In this document: one piece after another, positions 44,536-53,672 of the stretch
Numbering within the stretch: position 1 is the first letter of the stretch
Layout: every line of letters begins with the position of its first letter
Assembly (NCBI GenBank): GCA_035540955.1
Contig: DATLFP010000030.1
Span: 5,709-69,708 of the forward strand
Origin: Acidimicrobiales bacterium
GTDB taxonomy: Bacteria > Actinomycetota > Acidimicrobiia > Acidimicrobiales > CADCSY01
Direction of reading: 5' to 3'
Length of the DNA: 64,000 nucleotides
Notes under the pieces: generated by a model
Told to the model about the DNA's origin: nothing
Database searches by the model: none
What the model saw: the letters and a program-made list of their open reading frames with translations, nothing else
Position numbers and translations under genes: made by a program

Positions 44536-47324
44536 CGCTGTCCCCGGACGTGTTCGTCATCGGGCTCGTCACCGGCCTGACCTATGCCATCCTCGCCGTC
44601 GGTCTCGTCCTGATCTACCGCTCCACCCGCGTCATCAACTTCGCCCACGGCCAGCTCGGGGCGGCGTCGGCATTGCTGCTGGCGAAGCTCGTCAACGACC
44701 ACGGCGTCAGCTGGTGGCTCGCGTTCCCGCTGGCGCTGGTGCTCGCCGCCGGCGTGGGTGCTGCGGCCGAAGCGCTCGTCATCAGACGGCTCGAGACCGC
44801 GGCCCGGACCACGGTGATGATCGCGACCATCGGCCTCGCCCAGATCCTCTTCGCCGTGAGCTTCTGGAGCGTGGTCCGCCCCGACACCAACCGACTTGCG
44901 CAGGTCGGCTACCCGGTGCCGATCGACTGGAGCTTCGAGGTCGCCGACTACGTGGTGCGTGGCGCCGACCTCATGATCGTGCTGGTGGTGCCGGCCGCGG
45001 CCGCGCTCGTCGCCCTGCTCCTGCGGGCCACGACCATCGGCATCCAGATCCGCGCCGTCGCCGCCAACCGCGAGGCGGCGGAGCTGGCCGCGCTGCCGGT
45101 GCGGCGAGTGACCATGTCGGTGTGGGCGATCGCGGGCGTCCTGTCGGCGGTGACCGCGATCCTGCTCGGGCCGTTGCGGGGGGCCAATCTGACCGAGGTG
45201 CTCGGCCCGTCGCTGATGGTGCGGGCGCTGGCCGCCGCCCTCGTCGGTGGCATGACGAACCTCCCTGTGGCCTTTGCCGCCGGCATCGGCCTCGGCGTCG
45301 TCGAGCAGCTCACGTTCGCGAACTTCGCCAGCGGCGGCGTGACCGAGCTCGCCGTCTTCGCGCTGGTGATGGTCATGCTCGTCCGCCAGGCCGGTGCGCT
45401 CTCGCGCGTGCGCCGTCGGGCCGACGATGACATCGGGCTCATCCGCCCGCCGCGGACGCTCGCCGACGAGCTGGCCACGCGGCCGTGGGCGGGGTGGCTC
45501 CGGCGGGGACCGGTGGCAGCCGCCGCGCTGGCTGCGGTGTTGCTGCCGCTGCTGCCCGGCCTCGACACCCAGAGCAAGGCGTTCCTGCTGACCGAGGTCG
45601 TCATCTACTGCCTGATCGGCGTCTCCCTGGTCGTGGTCACCGGCATCTCGGGCCAGCTCTCCATGGGTCAGTTCGCCCTCCTCGGGCTGGGCGCGTACCT
45701 CACCGTTCGCCTGGCGCCGAGCGACCTCTCGCTGCCGGTCCTGATGGCGATCGTCGGCGGCGCGTGCGCCCTGGCGGCCGCGGCCATCGGTGTCCCTGCG
45801 GTTCGGGTGCGCGGCCTGTTCCTCGGGGTGACCACGCTCAGCTTCGCCGTCCTCGCCTACGGCTATCTCTTCAACCAGCGGTGGCTCACCAACGCCGGCT
45901 CGTCGTTCGTCACCCTCCAGGGCACGGCTCGGCTCCCCTTCGTCGGCGACGTCACCACCAACCGCGGCCTCTACTACACCGCCGTCGGCACGCTCGCGCT
46001 CGCGCTCGCCGCCCTGGCCGCGCTGCGGGCGTCCGGCGCGGCACGGCGGCTGATGGCCGTGCGTGACAACCCGCTCAACGCCGCCGCCCACGGCGTGCCG
46101 CCGGCAGCGACGAACATCGTCGCCTTCGCGCTGTCCGGCTTCGTCGCCGGCGTCGCCGGTGTGCTGTGGGCGCACTCGCACGTCAACTTCGACGCCAACG
46201 CGTTCCCCGCGGCGACGTCGCTCACGGTGCTCAGCGCCGCGGTGATCGGCGGCGTGGCGTCACCGGCCGGGGTCATCCTGGCCACGATCGCCGTCATCGG
46301 CGTGCCCATCGTGTTCGAGTGGAGCACCGTCCTCGTGTACCTGTTCACCGGTGCCGGGGTGCTGGCGGTGGTGCTGGCGCTCCCCGGTGGGATCGTCGCC
46401 GCACTGGTGCGGGCGCGCGACGTCCTGGCTCAGGCGATCGACCGCAACGTGCGCGCCGCCGTGCTCGCCGAAGCAGACGCACCCGGCGCGCCGGCGCTCG
46501 AGTGCCGCGGCGTGACGGTGCGCTTCGGCGGCATCGCCGCGCTCGACGGGGTGTCGCTGCGCGTCGAACCGGGCGAGACGGTGGCGCTCATCGGCTCGAA
46601 CGGCGCCGGCAAGACGACGCTGATGGATTGCGTCTCGGGCTACCTCGCGCCTGACGCCGGAGAGGTCTTGGCCTTCGGCGCTCCGGTCGGCGCCCTGAGC
46701 CCCGAGTACCGGCCGTACACAGGTGTGGCTCGCACCTTCCAGGATGCTCGCCTCTACCAGGGCATGACCGTGCTGCAGTGCGTCCTCGTCGCGCTCGAGA
46801 GCCGCATGTCCTCCGGGTTGCTCTCGAGCCTGTTAGCCGCGCCGTGGGAGCGCTGGGCTGAGCGCGAGCGCGTCGCCGACGCCGAGACGCTGCTGCGACG
46901 AGTGGGTCTGTGGGAGGCGCGCGACGTGCTGCTCGCCGACCTGTCGACCGGCGCGCGACGCGTGTGCGACGTCGCCTGCGCCGCCGCCTTGCGCCCGCGC
47001 CTGCTGCTCCTCGACGAGCCGACTGCCGGGGTCTCGCACCAAGAGGTCCCCGCGCTGCTCGACCTCGTGCGCTCGGTCCGGAGCGAGCTCGACTGCGCCG
47101 TGCTGCTCATCGAGCACGACATGGCTGTGGTCATGCGCCAGGCCGATCGCATCTACGTCCTAGAGGCGGGAAGCGTGATCGCCGAGGGAGTGCCGGCGGC
47201 GATCGCCGACCATCCCGCCGTCATCGAGGCGTACCTCGGGCGGGGCGCCGCCGACCATGCCCCCGCCCGTCGGCGCCGGCGCGCGCAGGTGCAGGCACGA
47301 CCACGAGCAGGGGGAACGAGATGA
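44532..47324 (+). CDS. fused LivH-like permease + LivM-like permease + LivG-like ATPase (930 aa)
   Basis: The N-terminus has TGLTYAILAVGLVLIYRSTRVINFAHG (LivH type). The middle has GISGQLSMGQFALLGLGAY (LivM type). The C-terminus has GSNGAGKTT with the signature LSTGARRV. Confidence 0.88.
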   Translation: MTLSPDVFVIGLVTGLTYAILAVGLVLIYRSTRVINFAHGQLGAASALLLAKLVNDHGVSWWLAFPLALVLAAGVGAAAEALVIRRLETAARTTVMIATIGLAQILFAVSFWSVVRPDTNRLAQVGYPVPIDWSFEVADYVVRGADLMIVLVVPAAAALVALLLRATTIGIQIRAVAANREAAELAALPVRRVTMSVWAIAGVLSAVTAILLGPLRGANLTEVLGPSLMVRALAAALVGGMTNLPVAFAAGIGLGVVEQLTFANFASGGVTELAVFALVMVMLVRQAGALSRVRRRADDDIGLIRPPRTLADELATRPWAGWLRRGPVAAAALAAVLLPLLPGLDTQSKAFLLTEVVIYCLIGVSLVVVTGISGQLSMGQFALLGLGAYLTVRLAPSDLSLPVLMAIVGGACALAAAAIGVPAVRVRGLFLGVTTLSFAVLAYGYLFNQRWLTNAGSSFVTLQGTARLPFVGDVTTNRGLYYTAVGTLALALAALAALRASGAARRLMAVRDNPLNAAAHGVPPAATNIVAFALSGFVAGVAGVLWAHSHVNFDANAFPAATSLTVLSAAVIGGVASPAGVILATIAVIGVPIVFEWSTVLVYLFTGAGVLAVVLALPGGIVAALVRARDVLAQAIDRNVRAAVLAEADAPGAPALECRGVTVRFGGIAALDGVSLRVEPGETVALIGSNGAGKTTLMDCVSGYLAPDAGEVLAFGAPVGALSPEYRPYTGVARTFQDARLYQGMTVLQCVLVALESRMSSGLLSSLLAAPWERWAERERVADAETLLRRVGLWEARDVLLADLSTGARRVCDVACAAALRPRLLLLDEPTAGVSHQEVPALLDLVRSVRSELDCAVLLIEHDMAVVMRQADRIYVLEAGSVIAEGVPAAIADHPAVIEAYLGRGAADHAPARRRRRAQVQARPRAGGTR

Positions 47325-48931
47325 CGTTCGGGATGAAGCTGCGACTGTGGGCGCGCAACGCGCCGCGCAGCAACGTGCTCGCGACCTCGGCGGTCGGGGT
47401 CGCCGTCGCCGTCGCCGTCGTCGCTGCCCTGCTGCCCGGCGGGGGCGACGATGCGGGGACCGCCTTGTTCACCGCGCCGGTCGCCGGCGGTGACACGACG
47501 GCCGGTCCGGTCGGCGGCTCCGAGGGAGCGGTAGACGGCTCCGAAGCCGGGGACGCTGCAACCAGCCCGGCGTCAGCTCTGACGCCGAGCGCGGGCGCGG
47601 CGGGAGGCAGCACCTCGGGCGACCCCGCGCCGGGCGGGTCGGGCTCGTCGGGCGCCTCCGCACCGGGCGGGGCGGGCGCGGCTGCCGGCAGCGGCGGCTC
47701 GGCCGCGAGCGGCGCGCCTGTGCAGCTGACAGCATCCGATCAGGGCGTCACCGAGGAGACGATCAAGGTCGGGTTCCTCATCCCGAGCCTCGCCGGGCTG
47801 GGCAACGTGGGCGCGGCCGCCACCGACAGCCGGACGGACTTGGAAGCAGTGATCAAGGCCTACGTCGACCACGTGAACGAGACCGGCGGCGTGGCCGGCC
47901 GCAAGGTCGTCTACGTGACCACCGAGTCGGACCCCGTCAACGCGTCGAGCCAGCAGGCGGCGTGCATCCGCCTCGCGACCGATGAAAAGGTCTTTGCCGC
48001 CTTCGACACCGCGTCCACGCTCGGCGTTTCCCAGAACTGCTACGCGCAGCGCGGCGTCATCCTCACCACCACCGCGTCGCAGACCAACAGCGAGCAGAAC
48101 TTCCAGCGCAACGGCGGCATGCTTGCCTCCAGCGGATCGAGCCAGAACCGGGTGCTGCTCAACTGGGCCGACCTCGCCCTGGCCGCCGGGTTCATCGGAC
48201 CCGACAAGGGCAAGCTCGGCATCCTGTCGACCGAGTGCGCGCCAGACCCCGAGGCGATCGACGGCGACTTCAAGCCGTACCTCAAGCAGAAGGGCATCGA
48301 CTACCTCGACGTGCGGGTCTCCTGCGACCTCGCCGCCGCCCAGCAGCAGGTCGCGGGCGCTGTGCTGCAGTTCCGCCAAGCGGGCGTCGACCGGGTGCTG
48401 CCGTCGGCGATCTTCGTGACCGTCAACAACTTCCTCCAGGCCGCCGAGTCCCAGCGGTACCGGCCCACCTACTACTGCTCCGACATGTGGGGGATGTGCC
48501 TCGACATCTTCACGAGCAACTTCCCGGCCGCGCAGTGGGACGGGGCCAAGGGCTTCACGTTCTCCCACAGCGGCGCGGACAAGGCCGGGGCGCCGCTGTC
48601 ACCGGCGGTGCAGCGATGCTCCAAGATCCTGACCGACGCCGGCGTCCCCGGTGTCACCGAGCAGATGGGCAAGGACGCCGGCGCCGTCGCCTTCTGCGAC
48701 AGCTTCTTCCTGTGGGTCTCGGCGATGAAGCACGCACCCCCGAACCCCCGCCGGGCCGACTTCCCCGCCGCGCTCGTCGCCGTTGGCGACACCTGGGAGA
48801 GCCCGTACGCGGGGCGGGCGATCTTCAGGTCCGGCAAGTTCAACGGCGGCGACGACTACTCGCCGGTGCAGTGGTCGGGCGACTGCAGCTGTTACACCCA
48901 GACCGGGCCCCGCGCCGCCGCGGCCCACTGA
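47321..48931 (+). CDS. ABC transporter substrate-binding protein (type I periplasmic binding fold), long Gly/Ala/Ser-rich linker
   Basis: ATG at 47321 (ATGA overlap). It has an N-terminal TM/signal (VLATSAVGVAVAVAVVAALL), a low-complexity linker, then IKVGFLIPSLAG... typical of Liv-type binding proteins. Confidence 0.75.
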   Translation: MTFGMKLRLWARNAPRSNVLATSAVGVAVAVAVVAALLPGGGDDAGTALFTAPVAGGDTTAGPVGGSEGAVDGSEAGDAATSPASALTPSAGAAGGSTSGDPAPGGSGSSGASAPGGAGAAAGSGGSAASGAPVQLTASDQGVTEETIKVGFLIPSLAGLGNVGAAATDSRTDLEAVIKAYVDHVNETGGVAGRKVVYVTTESDPVNASSQQAACIRLATDEKVFAAFDTASTLGVSQNCYAQRGVILTTTASQTNSEQNFQRNGGMLASSGSSQNRVLLNWADLALAAGFIGPDKGKLGILSTECAPDPEAIDGDFKPYLKQKGIDYLDVRVSCDLAAAQQQVAGAVLQFRQAGVDRVLPSAIFVTVNNFLQAAESQRYRPTYYCSDMWGMCLDIFTSNFPAAQWDGAKGFTFSHSGADKAGAPLSPAVQRCSKILTDAGVPGVTEQMGKDAGAVAFCDSFFLWVSAMKHAPPNPRRADFPAALVAVGDTWESPYAGRAIFRSGKFNGGDDYSPVQWSGDCSCYTQTGPRAAAAH

Positions 48932-48945
48932 CCAGGAGGGATCGC

Positions 48946-50136
48946 ATGGCAGACCCGGAGCTCGAGTTCCCGATGTTCGACGACGCGGTGAAGCGCGACC
49001 CGTATCCGTATTACGCCCGCATGCGCGAGATCGGACCGATCATGCGCAACCCGGCGCTGCTCGGAGCGTGGATGGTGGCCGCCCACGAGCCAGCGCAAGC
49101 CGTGCTGACGGACCACGCCCGGTTCTCCTCGGCGCAGATGTCGGGCATGCAGGACCGGATCAGCGCCTTCGACGCCCCGACGATGCTCAACTCCGACCCA
49201 CCGGACCACGAGCGGCTGCGGGGCGTCGCCGCCCGGGCGTTCACGCCGAGGTCGATCGCCGCCCTCGAGCCGCGGCTGCGCCAGCTCACCGACGCGATGC
49301 TGGCCCCGCTGCGAGACGGCGAGCCCTTCGACGTGGTCGACCAGCTCGCGTACCCCCTGCCCGTGATGGCGATCTCCGAGCTGCTCGGCGTCTCGGTCGA
49401 CGATCGCGAGTCGTTCCGCACGTGGTCGAACCAGCTCATCGCCGGGACGAACGAGCTGGCGTCGGAAGACGACCTCGCCGCCGCACGCGAGGGCGCCGAG
49501 CACCTGAAGGAGTACTTCCGCGCCGAGATCGCGCGGCGGCGAGCACGCCCGGGGGGTGATGACCTCGTGTCGCGCCTGGTCGAGGCCAACGCCGGCGAGG
49601 TACTCGACGACGCCGAGCTGCTCTCGTCGTGCGTGCTGCTGCTTGTCGCCGGCAACGAGACCACCACCAACCTCATCGCCAACCAGGCGCTGGCGCTCGG
49701 GCGCGACCACGAGCAGCGTGCGCGGGTCATCGCCGACCCCGCGCTCGTGCCGGGCGCGATCGAGGAGGTGATGCGCTATGACAGCCCGGTCCAGGCGACG
49801 GTCCGGGTTCCCGCCGTCGACGTGGAGCTCGCCGGCCAGCGCGTCGGTGCCGGCGAGATGGTCTTCGTGCTCCTGGCCGCCGCCAACCGCGACCCGACGC
49901 GGTTCGAGGACCCCGAGCGCTTCGACGTCGGCCGCGCCCCCAACCCGCACCTCGGCTTCGGCCACGGCATCCACTTCTGCCTGGGTGCCGCTCTGGCCAA
50001 GCTCGAAGCCCGCTTGGCCCTCGAGGGGTTGCTGGCGGTGGCGCCCAGCTACGAGGTCCGCGGCGATCCGTCGAGCCTCGACTACGGGCCCTCGTTCATC
50101 TTCCACAGCCCGCGGACGCTGCCGATCGTGCGCTGA
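48946..50136 (+). CDS. cytochrome P450
   Basis: ATG at 48946 is preceded by AGGAGGG. It has AGNETT, the EXXR motif (EEVMRY) and the heme loop FGHGIHFCLGAALA. Confidence 0.92.
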   Translation: MADPELEFPMFDDAVKRDPYPYYARMREIGPIMRNPALLGAWMVAAHEPAQAVLTDHARFSSAQMSGMQDRISAFDAPTMLNSDPPDHERLRGVAARAFTPRSIAALEPRLRQLTDAMLAPLRDGEPFDVVDQLAYPLPVMAISELLGVSVDDRESFRTWSNQLIAGTNELASEDDLAAAREGAEHLKEYFRAEIARRRARPGGDDLVSRLVEANAGEVLDDAELLSSCVLLLVAGNETTTNLIANQALALGRDHEQRARVIADPALVPGAIEEVMRYDSPVQATVRVPAVDVELAGQRVGAGEMVFVLLAAANRDPTRFEDPERFDVGRAPNPHLGFGHGIHFCLGAALAKLEARLALEGLLAVAPSYEVRGDPSSLDYGPSFIFHSPRTLPIVR

Positions 50137-50170
50137 GGCGTCCGCCGCGGTTGCCGGCGGCCACGGGGAT

Positions 50171-50198
50171 ATGCGACAGTAGGCCAGATTTGTCGCAT
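50171..50198. promoter_or_regulatory. perfect palindromic operator ATGCGACA-N12-TGTCGCAT
   Basis: Read directly. It lies 18 bp upstream of the ATG (50216) of the BVMO paralog. Confidence 0.5.
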
Positions 50199-50215
50199 TG
50201 GTGCAGGAGGGACCC

Positions 50216-52113
50216 ATGACCGTGACCGACGAGCCGACGCCGGCGTTCGACAAGGAGGCGCTCCGGGCGCTGTACCGCGAGGAGCGCGACAAGCGGCTCC
50301 GTGCCGACGGGATCGCGCAGTACCGGCGGCTGGGCGGTGAGCGGGCCGAGGATCCGTACCTCCCGGTCGTGCCCCGCGAGCCCAAGCGCGACCACGCCGC
50401 CTTCACGTTCATCGGCGCCGGCTTCGCCGGGCTCGTCACCGGGGCCCGCCTGCACGAACGCGGCATCAGCGGGGTCCGCCTCATCGACAAGGCCGGCGAC
50501 GTGGGCGGCACCTGGTACTGGAACCGCTACCCCGGCGCCCAGTGCGACACGGCGTCGTTCGTCTACCTCCCGCTCCTCGAGGAGACGGGGCACATGCCCA
50601 CCGAGAAGTACGCGCACGCGCCCGAGATCCTCGAGCACTGCCAGCGCATCGCCAAGCAGTACGACCTCTACGACCAGGCGCTGTTCCACACCGAGGTCAC
50701 CGACCTCCGCTGGGACGAGGAACGCCGGTGCTGGCGGGTGCGCACCAACCGGGGCGACGACTTCACGACGCAGTTCATCGGCATGGGCACCGGCCCGCTG
50801 CACGTCGCCAAGCTGCCCGGCGTCCCCGGCATCGAGGACTTCCGCGGGCACTCGTTCCACACGAGCCGCTGGGACTACGCGTACACCGGGGGTGACCCGG
50901 CCGGTTCGCCGATGGAGCGCCTGGCCGGCAAGCGGGTGGCGATCATCGGCACCGGCGCCACCGCGATCCAGTGCATCCCGCACCTGGCGCGCGACGCTGG
51001 CGAGCTGCTCGTGTTCCAGCGCACCCCCTCCGCGGTTGACGTCCGCAACAACGTGCCCACCGACCCGGACTGGTTCGCCACCATCGCCACGCCGGGCTGG
51101 CAGCAGCGGTGGCTGGAGAGCTTCACCGCCAACACCATGGGCGCGATGGCGATGGCCGAGGCCGAGGACCTCGTCATGGACGGCTGGACCGACATCGCCC
51201 GGCGGGTGAAGACCAAGCTGTTCGAGGCCACGTCCCGCGGCGGGTCCTTCGACGTCAGCACGCTGATGGAGGCCTTCGACGAGGCCGACTTCGAGAAGAT
51301 GGAGGAGATCCGCGCCAGGATCGTCGGGGCCGGCGAGCCCGAGCCTTCGCCGGGGATGTCGATGCCATCGTCGAGGACCCCGAGACCGCGGCCGCGCTCA
51401 AGCCGTGGTACCGCCAGCTCTGCAAGCGGCCCTGCTTCCACGACGAGTACCTCCAGGCCTACAACCGGCCCAACGTGCGCCTGGTCCACACCGACGGCAA
51501 GGGCGTCGAGCGGATCACCGAGCGCGGCGTCGTCGCTCTCGGCACGGAGTACGAGGTGGACTGCATCATCTACGCCACCGGCTTCGAGGTCGGCACCGCG
51601 TACACCTCACGGGCGGGCTACGAGCCGGTCGGGCGGGGCGGCCGCGCGCTGAGCGAGCACTGGGCCGAAGGCATGCGGACCATGCACGGGCTGCACGTCA
51701 ACGGGTTCCCCAACGCGTTCATCGTCCAGCTCACCCAGGGCTCGAACCACATCGCCAACGTGCCCCACAACCTCGCCGAGTCGGCCACGACGATCGCAGC
51801 CATCGTCGCCCATGCCGTCGAGCACGACCACCAGACCGTCGAGGTGAGCAGCGAGGCGGAGCAGGCGTGGCTCGACCTCATGCTCGGCGGCTCGATGTTC
51901 GGTGGCGGCGGGGGCGAGGGCGGCGGTGGTGGGGGGCTTGGCCTCTTGGGCTCGCTCGAGTGCACACCCGGCTACTACAACAACGAGGGCCAGCCGCCCG
52001 CGCCGACCCAACGCTACGACTTCCTCGGCTACCCGACCGGCGCGCTGGGGTTCTTCCAGTACATCGACGGCTGGCGGTCCTCGGGGTCCTTCGAGGGGCT
52101 CACGTTCACCTGA
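50216..52113 (+). pseudogene. type I Baeyer-Villiger monooxygenase paralog, interrupted by a frameshift near 51320-51357
   Basis: Two ORFs (50198..51652 and 51109..52113) together align collinearly to the 39794..41605 BVMO. Shared motifs are GGTWYWNRYPGAQCD, FRGHSFHTSRWD, then after the frame change DVDAIVEDPETAAALKPWYRQLCKRPCFHDEYL...CTPGYYNNEGQ. Confidence 0.8.
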
Positions 52114-52191
52114 CGGCTCGGCGCCCCCGCGGGCGCACGGCCAACGTTGCGGTTCGTAACGATGAGGTCACTTGCTATGCTTCGGAGCGGT

Positions 52192-52219
52192 ATGCGACAC
52201 TGAGGCATCAATGTCGCAT
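52192..52219. promoter_or_regulatory. perfect palindromic operator ATGCGACA-N12-TGTCGCAT (second copy)
   Basis: Read directly. It lies 26 bp upstream of the GTG at 52245. Confidence 0.5.
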
Positions 52220-52244
52220 CTGCGCGACGGAACCGGGGGGTGCC

Positions 52245-53672
52245 GTGGCCAGGGTTGGACTCGCTCGCAGGGCGGCGATCGCCGCAGTCACCGCAGCCGG
52301 CGCCTGCGCGCTCGCCGGTGCGAACGCTGGCGCCGCCGGCGGGGCAGAGACAGGCGGTGATGTCGTGACCGCGGGCGGCGAGCTCGCGGGGCAGGCCAAC
52401 AGCCAGGCCGTCACCGTCGCCCCCTTCGCCGGGCGGCTGGCGCTGCCGGTGAAGGTGATCGCGTCGGGCGCCCGCATCGAGGGCGACGTGACGAGGGCCA
52501 GCGCCGCCGCCGCCGACTTCGGGTTGCTCGGAGCCCTGGGGGCGCTGGCGCTGACCAACACGCCGACGCTCGACCGGGTCGGGCTCGGCTTCGGCGACGT
52601 CGCCCGCAGCTTCACGCTCCCGCCTGCGGCGCGCGCCGACTCCCGCTCGACCCCGAGCGACGAGCGCTCGCCGGTGTTCCCCACGGTCGACGCCGGGCTG
52701 GTGGCCCTCGGCGGTGGCCACGAGAAGGCCACCGCCGCCGAGGCGGGCGAGGGCCGGGCGCGGACCGAGGGCGGGTGGGCCGAGCTGGATCTCGGCGCCG
52801 CGGTCCTCCATGCCAGCGGGCTGGTGTCCGAGGCGATGTCGAGCCCGGCGGCGTCGACCGGGCTCGTGTCACTGGGTGAGCTGCGCATCGAGGCGTTCGG
52901 CACCGTGTCGGTGCTCCGCGGCCTGGAGTGGGAGGTCCGCCAGGAGCTGGGCCGTCCGGCCACCGCGACGTTCCGGCTCGGGTCGGCCACACTCGGCGGC
53001 CGGCGGTACGACACCGGCTCGGCCGACCAGCTGGCGATGGTGTTCGACGAGCTCAACGCCCAGCTCGCGCCGACCGGCCTGAGCGTGCTCCCGCCGGCGG
53101 CGGCGGTCTCGGACCAGGGTGGGCGGATCTCGCCGCTGCGGGTGTCGTTCAAGGACTCGCCGGGCGCCGCCCGGTTCTTCGGCCCCCTCTACGAGCAGGC
53201 GCTGGCCGGCGCGGTGAACGACCTCGAGGCGGCACTCGTCGGCGGCGTGCCCGAGACGGGCCTCGCCATCACGGTCGCCAACGTCGGCCTCGCCGCGGCG
53301 ACCGGCCGGGGAGGCGCCTTCTTCGACCTCGGCGGGGCCGACGCCACCCTCGTGCGGCGGCCGACCGAGACCTACCAGTACGCGCCGCTCGCCGGCGCCC
53401 AGGAGCCCTTCGACGCCGGGGAGGCCTTCGCGGCGCCACGACCCCCGGCGCCGGCGCGCTCGCCGGCCCCGCCGAGCGCGCCGCCGGCGCCTCCCGCCAG
53501 CGTGCTGCCGCCCCCGGTGCAGGAGCTGATCTCGGCGGTCCTCGGCGAGGACGTGAACGCCGGGCTCCTGCTCCTCGGCGGCCTTGCTGCCACCGGCGCC
53601 CTCGCGGCGGCCGACCGCCGGCGCATCGCTGCCGTGCTCGCCCGGGCCCCGGGCGGTTCGAGGGCGGGCTGA
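52245..53672 (+). CDS. secreted, C-terminally membrane-anchored protein of unknown function
   Basis: GTG at 52245 within ORF 51405..53672. The signal-like N-terminus is RRAAIAAVTAAGACALAGANA. Near the C-terminus there is a Pro-rich stretch (PRPPAPARSPAPPSAPPAPPAS), then a hydrophobic helix NAGLLLLGGLAATGALAAA followed by DRRR. Its stop overlaps the next start. Confidence 0.6.
   Translation: MARVGLARRAAIAAVTAAGACALAGANAGAAGGAETGGDVVTAGGELAGQANSQAVTVAPFAGRLALPVKVIASGARIEGDVTRASAAAADFGLLGALGALALTNTPTLDRVGLGFGDVARSFTLPPAARADSRSTPSDERSPVFPTVDAGLVALGGGHEKATAAEAGEGRARTEGGWAELDLGAAVLHASGLVSEAMSSPAASTGLVSLGELRIEAFGTVSVLRGLEWEVRQELGRPATATFRLGSATLGGRRYDTGSADQLAMVFDELNAQLAPTGLSVLPPAAAVSDQGGRISPLRVSFKDSPGAARFFGPLYEQALAGAVNDLEAALVGGVPETGLAITVANVGLAAATGRGGAFFDLGGADATLVRRPTETYQYAPLAGAQEPFDAGEAFAAPRPPAPARSPAPPSAPPAPPASVLPPPVQELISAVLGEDVNAGLLLLGGLAATGALAAADRRRIAAVLARAPGGSRAG

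Noticed and set aside
43530-46181. 883-aa minus-strand ORF
   Set aside because: It is antisense to the LivF-like and fused permease genes. The translation is Arg/Gly/Glu-rich without motifs.
47440-47720. Gly/Ala/Ser-rich low-complexity segment as a possible separate repeat protein
   Set aside because: It is in frame within the substrate-binding protein, between its membrane anchor and its folded domain. It is a flexible linker, not an independent element.
51895-51945. Gly-run (GGGGGEGGGGGGLG) in the BVMO paralog as a second frameshift or slippery site
   Set aside because: The reading frame is continuous through it and the flanking sequence aligns with the paralog (..CTPGYYNNEGQ..). It is a low-complexity loop expansion only.
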